Below are positions 37,564 through 45,994 of a stretch of 64,000 nt of DNA, piece after piece; the first letter of the stretch is position 1, and each line of letters opens with the position of its first letter. The DNA lies in NCBI RefSeq assembly GCF_001042715.1, contig NZ_CP009687.1:733418-797417 (forward strand), in the 5' to 3' direction. The notes beneath the pieces are model-generated. The model was not told the DNA's origin, did no database searches, and saw only the letters and a program-made list of their open reading frames with translations. Made by a program: the position numbers and the translations under genes. This DNA comes from Clostridium aceticum. Lineage in GTDB: Bacteria > Bacillota > Clostridia > Peptostreptococcales > Natronincolaceae.

Positions 37564-37684
37564 TTATAGATGTGCGCCCCTAAATTTAAATATACTAAGG
37601 GCTACATTTGCAGCCTGCGGTTTTGAGGCGAAACCGTAGACCGTGTATATTAAAATTTAACTTTAGAAGCGCACATCTATAGAT
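37564..37684. repeat. Family-2 conserved ~70-nt structured element (copy 1) embedded in a 14-bp flanking inverted repeat
   Basis: Core ATATACTAAGGGCTACATTTGCAGCCTGCGGTTTTGAGGCGAAACCGTAGACCGTGTATATTAAAA is the reverse complement (with a few substitutions) of 58842-58913. Flanks TTATAGATGTGCGC / GCGCACATCTATAGA. Confidence 0.65.
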
Positions 37685-37711
37685 ATTAATTTTACGACTG
37701 AATAGATAAGG

Positions 37712-38536
37712 CTATAGATCTTTAAACTTTTCAATTTTTTCCTCCTCTAAACAAAAGGTTTTATGGAAATCCCTCCAATTAATATTGCTTCTTCTATGAT
37801 GTTGCCACTGATAGAGATCCACATAATTTCTGATAAACTGGATGCAACGTCCTGTATAATGCCTAGATATAAAGACCAGTTCTCCAGCTTCTACATCGGT
37901 ACCTATAACTGAAATTCTTATTAGAACGCTTTCATTGTCAAAAAGGCTTGATTTCAAATAGTTGAGAAGTTGAAGATTTTTTTCTTCTTGTAAGTCAATA
38001 TTCCAGTATAAGAGTTTTTCAAAATAATAATATTCTTGAGATAAATGGAGCTTTCTTTTCCTAATATTATCTTCATAAACAAACACCTCTAACACTCTAT
38101 TAACATTTACTAAAGCCCTTCCTTTGTTGCCCACTCTTACAGACAAATAAAACTTATCTTCATCCTCTTCATACTTTATATATACTTTATTGGTGATAAT
38201 AATATTTTTAGGTCTTTTCACTAAATAGTACAAGAACATACCAGTAAATAAAGAATTGATCAGTACTCCTGAAAAACCTTGAAGCACTGTAAGTAGTTTC
38301 CCTACTTTATTGACAGCGGTAATATCTCCATAGCCAATAGTGAGATAGGTAACGCCGCTAAAATAAATGGCATCGCTTAAGGAAGGTTTTTTATAGTTTT
38401 GAGAATGTGTAATGATACCATTTGTATCAACGAGGGAATCGTGTTCTATATATAAATAAGCGAAGGACAATATATTTAAAATGACAATAACTACGTAGAT
38501 TACTAACAAAACAAGAACTCTTTTTAATATATCCAT
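37712..38536 (-). CDS. Two-TM potassium channel family protein with ~170-aa C-terminal cytoplasmic domain of unknown function
   Basis: 274 aa. K+ selectivity filter TIGYGD (VTYLTIGYGDITAV) between two TM helices. Confidence 0.75.
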   Translation of the reverse strand: MDILKRVLVLLVIYVVIVILNILSFAYLYIEHDSLVDTNGIITHSQNYKKPSLSDAIYFSGVTYLTIGYGDITAVNKVGKLLTVLQGFSGVLINSLFTGMFLYYLVKRPKNIIITNKVYIKYEEDEDKFYLSVRVGNKGRALVNVNRVLEVFVYEDNIRKRKLHLSQEYYYFEKLLYWNIDLQEEKNLQLLNYLKSSLFDNESVLIRISVIGTDVEAGELVFISRHYTGRCIQFIRNYVDLYQWQHHRRSNINWRDFHKTFCLEEEKIEKFKDL

Positions 38537-38763
38537 TTTTTTACTCCTCAGGTGTGGTATAAATGTATGCCTTAAAGTTCATAGATGTATTATGTAACAC
38601 ACAAAATAAGTTTAAATTTCAATGAAAACTAGTATTAGCGTTCCCAAACCCATAAATTTTATTGCTACAGGGAAGAACTTCTATAAAACATTTCATTATA
38701 AAATATAAAAGATTCCATAAAATAAAGATTATAACCAAAAGTACCTAAAGGATGTGAAGGCAT

Positions 38764-40008
38764 TTGGATATACATAATATAGGACAAACATTAATACTAT
38801 TCATACTGTTAATCTTATCTGCTTTTTTTTCAACTTCTGAAACAGCACTAATGGCACTAAGTAGGATCAGAGTACGTCATATGGTAGAGGAAAACATTAA
38901 AGGGGCAGACTTAATTAATAAATATATAGCAGAGCCTAATAAACTCCTAGGTACAATTCTTGTAGGAAATAATATCGTAAATATAGGTGCTTCTGCCTTG
39001 GCAACAGCTATAGCTATTGATTTCTATGGTGATAAGGGGGTTTTGATTGCTACCATCGCTATGACGGTATTGGTATTGGTATTTGCAGAAATAACTCCTA
39101 AATCTCTTGCTGCTCAAAACGCTGAAAAAATATCCTTAAGGATCATAAAACCTATAGCGCTTGTAATTGTTTTACTTCATCCTATTGTGATCGTCTTTAC
39201 CTTCATTACTGGCAGATTAATGAAAATACTAGGTGCTAATACAAATAAGGTTCGCCCCTTCATTACTGAAGATGAATTGAGAACTGTTGTCAATGTTAGT
39301 CAAGAAGAAGGGGTTTTAGAAGTCCACGAAAAAGAAATGATTTATAATGTTTTTGAATTTGGTGATCAACAAATAAGAGATGTAATGGTTCAAAGAACCG
39401 ATATTATCGCAATAGATATAGAAGACACCTATGAAGAAGTTATTGAAATCATAAAAAACGAAAAATTTTCTCGCTATCCTATTTATGAAGAAGGAATTGA
39501 TAATATCGTAGGGATAATAAATGTAAGGGATTTACTTTTTGTAGATAATTTACAAGACAATTTTAATATCAAAGAATATATTAGAAAGCCGTATTATACT
39601 TTTGAGTATAAGAAAATTGCCGATTTATTTAAAGAAATGAAAAAAAACAAAGTGCATATTGCTATTGCACTAGATGAATATGGAGGAACTGCGGGGATTG
39701 TGACATTAGAGGACTTAATTGAAGAAATCGTCGGAGACATTCAAGATGAGTACGATGAATATGAAAAGGAAATCGAGGTTATTCGACAAAATGAATATAG
39801 GGTTAAAGGAAATACCAAAATCGAACTGGTGAATGAAATGATCGGTACTGCCATAGAATCAGAGGATTTTGACTCTATTGGAGGATTTATTATAGGTGAG
39901 CTAGGAAGATTTCCTAAACTGGGTGAAACCATTAATTTTAATCATATAAAATTGGTGGTAGAGGATATAGAAGGAAATAAGATTAAAAAAATAAGGATTT
40001 TCACTTGA
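38764..40008 (+). CDS. CNNM/HlyC-CorC family transporter (DUF21 TM domain + CBS pair + CorC_HlyC)
   Basis: 414 aa. 4 N-terminal TM helices, tandem CBS domains, and a C-terminal transporter-associated domain (..RVKGNTKIELVNEM..). Confidence 0.85.
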   Translation: MDIHNIGQTLILFILLILSAFFSTSETALMALSRIRVRHMVEENIKGADLINKYIAEPNKLLGTILVGNNIVNIGASALATAIAIDFYGDKGVLIATIAMTVLVLVFAEITPKSLAAQNAEKISLRIIKPIALVIVLLHPIVIVFTFITGRLMKILGANTNKVRPFITEDELRTVVNVSQEEGVLEVHEKEMIYNVFEFGDQQIRDVMVQRTDIIAIDIEDTYEEVIEIIKNEKFSRYPIYEEGIDNIVGIINVRDLLFVDNLQDNFNIKEYIRKPYYTFEYKKIADLFKEMKKNKVHIAIALDEYGGTAGIVTLEDLIEEIVGDIQDEYDEYEKEIEVIRQNEYRVKGNTKIELVNEMIGTAIESEDFDSIGGFIIGELGRFPKLGETINFNHIKLVVEDIEGNKIKKIRIFT

Positions 40009-40021
40009 AAATCCTTATTTT

Positions 40022-40693
40022 TTATAAAGCCTCTTCCAACCTTTTCATCAACGCAGTTCTTCTTTCTCTAATCATATTCATGTAGAAGGTTTCCGTTTCT
40101 TGAACCACATCTGTAGGCAATTGATTTGCTCGAAGTTCAGCTTCCATCTCTTTTAGAATGTCTTGTAGTGCAACCTTCATAGAGTCTTCTAACATATTGG
40201 CAGCTTGAAGATACTTTCTAACCACCAGTGCTTGATTTAGTGGACCTTGTGATTTTTCTGCCATATATTCTTCATAGGCCTTTCTATACAAACTATTGGC
40301 CCTTTCTACTACCAAAGCCTCTAATCTTTCAAATTTGATTTGATACTTATTTAATATAGTTTCTACTGTGACAACTTTTTTCTCTTCAGATTGTGCAGCG
40401 GGGTTATTTGAATTATTATCCTCGATTAATGAATGATCCTCTGAATTATTTTCTATATCACTTTTTAATCCATCTTCTAAATCACCTTTTAAATCATTCT
40501 CTAAACCATTCTCTACGTCATAGAAGTCCAAACTTCCAAAATCAAAAAAACCTTCGCTAAGTTCTTGTTGTAGTTGGGATCTTAATGAGTCGTCTGCACC
40601 GAAAAAATAACTGTAGCCCCACACGCCAAGACCTGCAATAATCACTAAAAAAGAAATGAAAAAAATCAATAATTTTTTCTTCATGCAATTCAC
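40022..40693 (-). CDS. Membrane-anchored hypothetical protein with acidic low-complexity linker and helical C-terminal domain
   Basis: 223 aa. N-terminal TM (LLIFFISFLVIIAGLGVWGY), D/E/G/L-rich linker, and a predicted coiled-coil C-terminus. Confidence 0.4.
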   Translation of the reverse strand: MNCMKKKLLIFFISFLVIIAGLGVWGYSYFFGADDSLRSQLQQELSEGFFDFGSLDFYDVENGLENDLKGDLEDGLKSDIENNSEDHSLIEDNNSNNPAAQSEEKKVVTVETILNKYQIKFERLEALVVERANSLYRKAYEEYMAEKSQGPLNQALVVRKYLQAANMLEDSMKVALQDILKEMEAELRANQLPTDVVQETETFYMNMIRERRTALMKRLEEAL

Positions 40694-40919
40694 TCCTTGT
40701 CGATACGTTTATAAATTTTTATTTGCCAACATGTTTGTAGGCAAGGCACAGGACCATGGGCTTTATTATACTAACGATTTTATACTGACCTTGCTTTTAG
40801 ACTATAGGCTTCATCTTAGCATGGGCGGGATCTTTAACTGTATTATACCACACTTTATCTACTGCAATAGCAGTTTAGCTTTGCCAAATTATAGGCTAGG
40901 GGTGTAGCTTCTGGCTTTG

Positions 40920-40965
40920 CTCCCCTCAGGATGACAAACTATGGTTTAGGTTAACGCTAATGATT
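40920..40965. repeat. Partial family-1 element (one core + one TIR, inverted orientation)
   Basis: CCTCAGGATGACAAACTATGGTTTAGGTTAACGCTAATGAT. Its reverse complement matches the left end of the 27275 copy (CATTAGCGTTAAC.TAAACCATA.TTTG(TCATCCTGAGG)). Confidence 0.6.
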
Positions 40966-41120
40966 TTGTATTTAAAAATTCTATAGGTCTGATCTGCATC
41001 ATCAAACATTAAAATATAGACATTATTTAGTTGATTTTTGCATTATACTTCTATAAAATAAAGCTTGTAATTTGAAAGATGTTTATAATATAATCGTGTA
41101 ATTTAGAGAGGAGCTATAAA

Positions 41121-42023
41121 ATGAAAAAAATATTTTTACTTATCTTAGCAGGACTACTTGTATTTTCTTTACTAGGCTGTAGCAATAATAGTGCCCCTAC
41201 AAATGTGGAGGAGCAAGAGGAAGGTTTTATTCCAGAAAAAATGGTTATTGGTGCAATTCCTACTCAAAATCAAGGTGATATGAGGGGAGCTATGGATAAA
41301 CTAGGTGTTCATTTGTCTGAAAAACTAGGTACAGAAGTTGAAATAGAGGTTTATCCTGATTATAACGGTGTAGTAGAGGCTATGAACTATGGTCAAGTGG
41401 ATATGGCCTATTTCGGTCCTTTGACCTATATCATTGCTAATGAAACCGGTGGAGCAGAAGCTATTATGACTCTATTAGTAAATGGAGAGCCTTATTACTA
41501 TTCTTATATGGTGACTCATGTAGATTCTCCTCTTGATAGCTTAGAGGATGTTATAGAGAATGTAGGCAATTTACAGTTTGCCTTTGGTGACGTCAACTCA
41601 ACGTCAGGCTCTCTTATCCCTACCTTAGAGTTAAAGGAAAAAGGTGTTTTTAGAGATCAAATGGATACAGACTTTAAAGAAATTTTCTATACAGGTGGTC
41701 ATGATGCGGCTGCTTTAGCAGTGCAGGAAAAAAAGGTGGAAGTAGGAGCGGTTGACAGCGCTATCTTTGAAGTAATGAAAAGAAATGGTGTCATCGATGG
41801 AGAACAGTTTAAAATTATATGGCAATCAGAGCCATTATTTCAATACCCATGGGCTGTAAAAAGAGGAACTTCGGATGAATTAAAAGAAGCTTTAAGAAAT
41901 GCATTTTTAACAGTAGAAGATCAAGAAATACTAGATGTATTTGGAGCCAGTGGATTTGCACTAGCTGAAGACAAAGATTATGAACCAGTAAGGCAAGCGG
42001 CAAAAGCTGACGGAAGGTTGTAG
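41121..42023 (+). CDS. phnD: Phosphonate/phosphite ABC transporter substrate-binding lipoprotein (PhnD family)
   Basis: 300 aa. Lipoprotein signal LLGC. PhnD-like periplasmic binding fold, followed by phnE and phnC. Confidence 0.8.
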   Translation: MKKIFLLILAGLLVFSLLGCSNNSAPTNVEEQEEGFIPEKMVIGAIPTQNQGDMRGAMDKLGVHLSEKLGTEVEIEVYPDYNGVVEAMNYGQVDMAYFGPLTYIIANETGGAEAIMTLLVNGEPYYYSYMVTHVDSPLDSLEDVIENVGNLQFAFGDVNSTSGSLIPTLELKEKGVFRDQMDTDFKEIFYTGGHDAAALAVQEKKVEVGAVDSAIFEVMKRNGVIDGEQFKIIWQSEPLFQYPWAVKRGTSDELKEALRNAFLTVEDQEILDVFGASGFALAEDKDYEPVRQAAKADGRL

Positions 42024-42029
42024 TATAAA

Positions 42030-42836
42030 ATGTTGAAGGAAATCACAGTAAAAAGCAATAAAAACTTAAAATTTCCTCCTAGTATACAAAGCAAAAAGGT
42101 CTATCTGTGGATAGGCCTTCTTGCACTCATTGTTTGGAGTGCCAATGGAACCAACTTTAACCCTTTGTTATTCAGGGATTTTGGTAATACCTTGGACTTC
42201 ATAAAAAGAAGTTTTCTTAACCCTGACTGGAGCGTTTTACCCTTGGCCTTGAAGGAGTCGATTATTACTATACAAATAGCTATCATGGGCACCGCAACAG
42301 CATTTCTCTTGGCAGTTCCTCTTGGTTTTTTAGGTGCAAAAAACACTTCACCCCACTGGAGTATTTATAGTCTTTTGAGAACTTTTCTAAGCTTTTTGCG
42401 TTCTATTCCTGAAATCGTATTTGCACTGATTTTTGTTCCTACTGTAAGCCTTGGACCCTTCGCAGGAGTGTTGGCACTGGCTCTTCATAATATAGGTGTA
42501 ATGGGAAAACTCTTTTCAGAAATCATTGAATCTGCTGATATAGGTCCTCAGGAAGCTGTTACAGCAACAGGAGCTAAAAAACAAATAATGGTGCTGTACG
42601 GTATTGTTCCTCAGGTAATCCCCCATATTCTATCCAATGCTTTTTATCGCTTAGAGGTGAGTGTTAGAGCTTCCCTTGTCTTAGGTTTAGTAGGGGCTGG
42701 TGGTGTAGGCCAACTTTTAAGTATTCACTTTAAAATGTTTCAGTATAATAAAGTTGCGGTGGACTGTTTGGTTATTATGGCTATGGTAATCATCATCGAC
42801 TATATTGGGGGCATCCTCAGGAGAAAGGTGATATAG
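42030..42836 (+). CDS. phnE: Phosphonate ABC transporter permease (PhnE family)
   Basis: 268 aa, 6 TM. Conserved PhnE C-terminus ..DYIGGILRRKV. Confidence 0.8.
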   Translation: MLKEITVKSNKNLKFPPSIQSKKVYLWIGLLALIVWSANGTNFNPLLFRDFGNTLDFIKRSFLNPDWSVLPLALKESIITIQIAIMGTATAFLLAVPLGFLGAKNTSPHWSIYSLLRTFLSFLRSIPEIVFALIFVPTVSLGPFAGVLALALHNIGVMGKLFSEIIESADIGPQEAVTATGAKKQIMVLYGIVPQVIPHILSNAFYRLEVSVRASLVLGLVGAGGVGQLLSIHFKMFQYNKVAVDCLVIMAMVIIIDYIGGILRRKVI

Positions 42837-42837
42837 T

Positions 42838-43575
42838 ATGCAGCTTATCATTAAAGATTTGAAAAAGCATTATAATAAAAAAGAAACTTTTGCCCTAGAT
42901 CATGTAAACCTCCATATTGATCAAGGAGAATTTATTAGCATCCTAGGCCTAAGTGGTTCTGGTAAATCTACTTTTATTCGTTGCCTCAATAGATTAATTG
43001 ATCCTACAGAAGGAGAGATTTATTTCGAAGGACAGGAAATAACAAAGTTAAGGGGAGAAGCCTTAAGACTCTATAGAAGGAATTTGGCAATGATTTTTCA
43101 ACACTACAATCTTATTCCTAGGATGAAGGTATTAACAAATGTGTTGGTCGGCAGGTTTGGCTATTTATCACCGCTGCAGATTCTTTTAAAACAATTTCCT
43201 AAAGAGGATGTAGAAAAAGCCAATGAGGCATTACAAAAGGTGGGTTTATTATCCTTTGCTGAGAGACCTATAAAAACATTAAGTGGAGGTCAGCAACAGA
43301 GGGTAGGGATTGCTAGGGCCCTTATTCAACAGCCTAAAATTATTCTAGGTGATGAACCAGTATCTAGTTTAGATCCTGTTACGGCTAAAGAGATTATGTT
43401 ATTGCTAAAAGAAATTAACGAAAATAGAAAAATTACTATGATGATTAATCTCCATTCAGTAGAGTTGGCTAAAACTTTTTCTACAAGAATTATAGGATTA
43501 AATAATGGAAGTATTGTTTTTGATGGGCCTCCTAGTGCCCTTGATGAAGTTGAAATTAATCGAATTTATAGATAA
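42838..43575 (+). CDS. phnC: Phosphonate ABC transporter ATP-binding protein (PhnC family)
   Basis: 245 aa. Walker A GLSGSGKST, LSGGQQQRVGIARAL, Walker B IILGDEPVSSLD. The D-E-C gene order differs from the common C-D-E. Confidence 0.85.
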   Translation: MQLIIKDLKKHYNKKETFALDHVNLHIDQGEFISILGLSGSGKSTFIRCLNRLIDPTEGEIYFEGQEITKLRGEALRLYRRNLAMIFQHYNLIPRMKVLTNVLVGRFGYLSPLQILLKQFPKEDVEKANEALQKVGLLSFAERPIKTLSGGQQQRVGIARALIQQPKIILGDEPVSSLDPVTAKEIMLLLKEINENRKITMMINLHSVELAKTFSTRIIGLNNGSIVFDGPPSALDEVEINRIYR

Positions 43576-43600
43576 ACGACCTTTTGGTCGTTTTTTTTTG
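43576..43600 (+). terminator. Rho-independent terminator after phnC
   Basis: AAACGACCTTTTGGTCGTTT + TTTTTTT. Confidence 0.7.
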
Positions 43601-43664
43601 TATAGGCTATCACCTTTTGTTGTCTCCTGCATAACTTATAGTGAAAATAGAGAGAGGAGGGAGA

Positions 43665-43949
43665 ATGATGACATTAGTACCAAGAACGCCACAATCAAAT
43701 TGCAGACCAAAACCAACACCTAAGCCAATACCAACGCCTTGTCCACAACTACCGGGAACATTGTTTAGAATTCATATTCCAGCAGGAGCAGTGATTAATT
43801 TGCTTAACCTTATAGAGCTTACTTCACCTAGTGGAATTTGCTTGATCATAAGAATTCCCGCTTTAGGAGGAAGCATAGGCAAAACTTTTTCTGCTGTAAC
43901 AGCTGCTATTGAGCAAGCTGGCGGCCAAGTAGAGATTATAGAAGAGTAG
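43665..43949 (+). CDS. Small Pro/Thr-rich, Cys-containing hypothetical protein, paralogue 1 of a tandem pair
   Basis: RBS GAGAGGAGGGAGA then ATGATG. 94 aa: MMTLVPRTPQSNCRPKPTPKPIPTPCPQLPGTLFRIHIPAGAVINLLNLIELTSPSGICLIIRIPALGGSIGKTFSAVTAAIEQAGGQVEIIEE. Confidence 0.5.
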   Translation: MMTLVPRTPQSNCRPKPTPKPIPTPCPQLPGTLFRIHIPAGAVINLLNLIELTSPSGICLIIRIPALGGSIGKTFSAVTAAIEQAGGQVEIIEE

Positions 43950-43969
43950 TATAAAAAAGAGGAGGGAGA

Positions 43970-44224
43970 ATGATGAGAACACCAGAAACAAACAATTTAG
44001 TTAGACCAACACCAACACGTTGCCCACAATTGCCAGGAACATTGATTAGAATCAATATTCCACCAGGAGCAGTAATTAATTTGCTTAACCTTATAGAAAT
44101 TACCTCCCCTGGCGGAGTTTGTTTAATTTTGAGAATTCCTATTTTAGGAGGAAGTAATCTTTTTTCAACTTTAACAGCTGCTATTGAACAGGCTGGAGGC
44201 AAAATAGAAGTTGTAGAAGAATAG
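43970..44224 (+). CDS. Small Pro/Thr-rich, Cys-containing hypothetical protein, paralogue 2 of the tandem pair
   Basis: Identical RBS/start context (GGAGGGAGAATGATGA). 84 aa, ~75% identical to paralogue 1 over the shared CPQLPGTL...AVINLLNLIE...TAAIEQAGG core, with a shorter Pro-rich N-terminus. Confidence 0.5.
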   Translation: MMRTPETNNLVRPTPTRCPQLPGTLIRINIPPGAVINLLNLIEITSPGGVCLILRIPILGGSNLFSTLTAAIEQAGGKIEVVEE

Positions 44225-44240
44225 CGAAAAAAACACTAAA

Positions 44241-44277
44241 AAAGAAGCATTGATGTATTCAATGCTTCTTTTTTATT
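44241..44277. terminator. Bidirectional terminator between the small-protein pair and the convergent glutaredoxin gene
   Basis: AAAAAAGAAGCATTGATGTATTCAATGCTTCTTTTTT. The right arm overlaps the last codons of the minus-strand grx gene. Confidence 0.65.
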
Positions 44278-44522
44278 CCTAATTTATCATCTAGAACTCC
44301 TCGCTGCTCTAAAGCATACAAGTCATCACAACCCCCGATAAATTCTCCATCAATAAAAATTTGAGGTACAGTGTCCCATCCAGTTTTTGCCTTGATCTCC
44401 TGAAAAATTGTTTCATCATGGGTAACATCAATTTCGTTAAAGGCCACATTTTTACTTTGCAAAAGTGATACAGCTCTTTTGCAATAGGGGCAGTAATCCT
44501 TAGTGTAAAGTGTAACATCCAT
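44259..44522 (-). CDS. Glutaredoxin (CPYC active site)
   Basis: 87 aa. YTKDYCPYCKRA plus TVPQIFIDGEFIGGCDDL are classic Grx motifs. Confidence 0.85.
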   Translation of the reverse strand: MDVTLYTKDYCPYCKRAVSLLQSKNVAFNEIDVTHDETIFQEIKAKTGWDTVPQIFIDGEFIGGCDDLYALEQRGVLDDKLGIKKKH

Positions 44523-44696
44523 TATTCATACCACCTTTCTTTTTATAATGATGATAATTGGTATAGTTATCATACCCAATTTCTATATAAATAAAAGTAT
44601 AACTATAGAAGGAATAAAAATATTTATGTAGAAAGATTTAAATAATAAACACTAACTGATTTTAGCAAAATCAACATAGAGGTATAATAAGGAGAG

Positions 44697-45101
44697 GTGC
44701 GTATAATGAAAAGAAAAACCATTATTTTTGCAATGGGATTATTCATAATCATTGGGAGTATATTTTTTGCTTTGGAATATAGTAGGCTTCGGCCCTATAG
44801 AAATGCCATTAAAGCTATTGAGATTGAGGGGATAGATTTAACACAAGTTTCAGATGGAGTTTATGAAGGATTTACAAATGGGATCCTGGTTTCTGCTAAA
44901 GTAATAGTGGAGGTGGAAGACCATAAAATAGTAGCTATTCAGTTAGAACATAACCATGGCAGAGGAAAAGCAGCAGAAGTGCTGATAGATAAGGTTTTAG
45001 AAATGCAATCTACCAATATAGATTTTATCACTGGGGCAACTTCCAGCAGTAAAGTAATTTTAAAAGCCATAGAAAATGCTTTAACGATAGTGCTTTATTA
45101 A
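44697..45101 (+). CDS. Membrane-anchored FMN-binding-domain protein (FMN_bind; predicted ApbE flavinylation motif)
   Basis: 134 aa. N-terminal TM IIFAMGLFIIIGSIFFAL. C-terminal DFITGATSSSKVILKAIENAL is the conserved FMN_bind motif with the Thr that is covalently flavinylated in RnfG/NqrC/PplA-type proteins. Confidence 0.7.
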   Translation: MRIMKRKTIIFAMGLFIIIGSIFFALEYSRLRPYRNAIKAIEIEGIDLTQVSDGVYEGFTNGILVSAKVIVEVEDHKIVAIQLEHNHGRGKAAEVLIDKVLEMQSTNIDFITGATSSSKVILKAIENALTIVLY

Positions 45102-45103
45102 AC

Positions 45104-45358
45104 ATGGTTAAGGTTAATAGTGATTTAACGGTACCTTCTTTGCTTACCATAAAAAATAAAGAAATAATCCCTATAGGTTTGCTTGAGACTCTCTTACTAG
45201 AAGGTAATGATGGTGAACAAGCTGTATCAATACGATTGATGAGTGAAGTATATCCTAGAAAAGCTAAAGAAAATGTAGAAAACATAATTTCTAATCCAAC
45301 TGCAACAAGTGAGCAAGCATATAACCCGAATATCAAGAAATTGACATTCAGGAAATAG
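45104..45358 (+). CDS. Hypothetical small protein, translationally coupled to the FMN-binding gene
   Basis: 84 aa. Start is 2 nt after the upstream stop. No recognisable domain. Confidence 0.35.
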   Translation: MVKVNSDLTVPSLLTIKNKEIIPIGLLETLLLEGNDGEQAVSIRLMSEVYPRKAKENVENIISNPTATSEQAYNPNIKKLTFRK

Positions 45359-45408
45359 CTCCTCAATCCTTACCAACACAATTAGGCAATGCTATCTATA
45401 GAGATGGA

Positions 45409-45885
45409 GTGGAATTACTAGGGGGAGTTAGGGTTGAATGGCATGCTGGATTAGTGGGACATGCCAGCGGATCACAAACACCAGGAAACTATGTCATTCA
45501 TATAGGCGGACCTGGACAAACAGTTGACTATGTAAGTTATGATACTTTTTTAAGAGACAGAAATGGAAATAGACGGACATTTATGGGACAATATTATCAG
45601 CCGGTAGGTGATAATTTCGTATATTATGATATATTTTATACGGTACATGATTTAACTAATTTGAGAATTGGCTATACAGCTGCTCCTGTCATGAGTACTA
45701 CAACAAGTAGTGGCACTATTCATCCTCAAACGATTACGAGAATGAGATGTGATGCTGTAGTAGAGTATTGCTATGAATACAATGGAGTTAGATTGTTAGG
45801 GCCAGAAGGTGCATGGAACATTTCAACAGCACTTGGTTTGACTATCATCCTGTTTCTTACAGCCCTTCAATGCAGGCAAGTGTAA
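45409..45885 (+). CDS. Hypothetical protein with C-terminal hydrophobic anchor (non-ATG start likely)
   Basis: ~158 aa. ...GNYVIHIGGPGQTVDYVSYDTF... followed by a C-terminal TM-like segment LGLTIILFLTAL. Frame is open from 45360, so the precise start is uncertain. Confidence 0.35.
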   Translation: MELLGGVRVEWHAGLVGHASGSQTPGNYVIHIGGPGQTVDYVSYDTFLRDRNGNRRTFMGQYYQPVGDNFVYYDIFYTVHDLTNLRIGYTAAPVMSTTTSSGTIHPQTITRMRCDAVVEYCYEYNGVRLLGPEGAWNISTALGLTIILFLTALQCRQV

Positions 45886-45994
45886 TGACCCAAAGATAGT
45901 TTAGAACAATTATTCAACTATATATGTTATGGGATATTCCATAACATATATAGTTTTCCCAAATGATTTGACAATAACATTTCGGAGGTTAATT

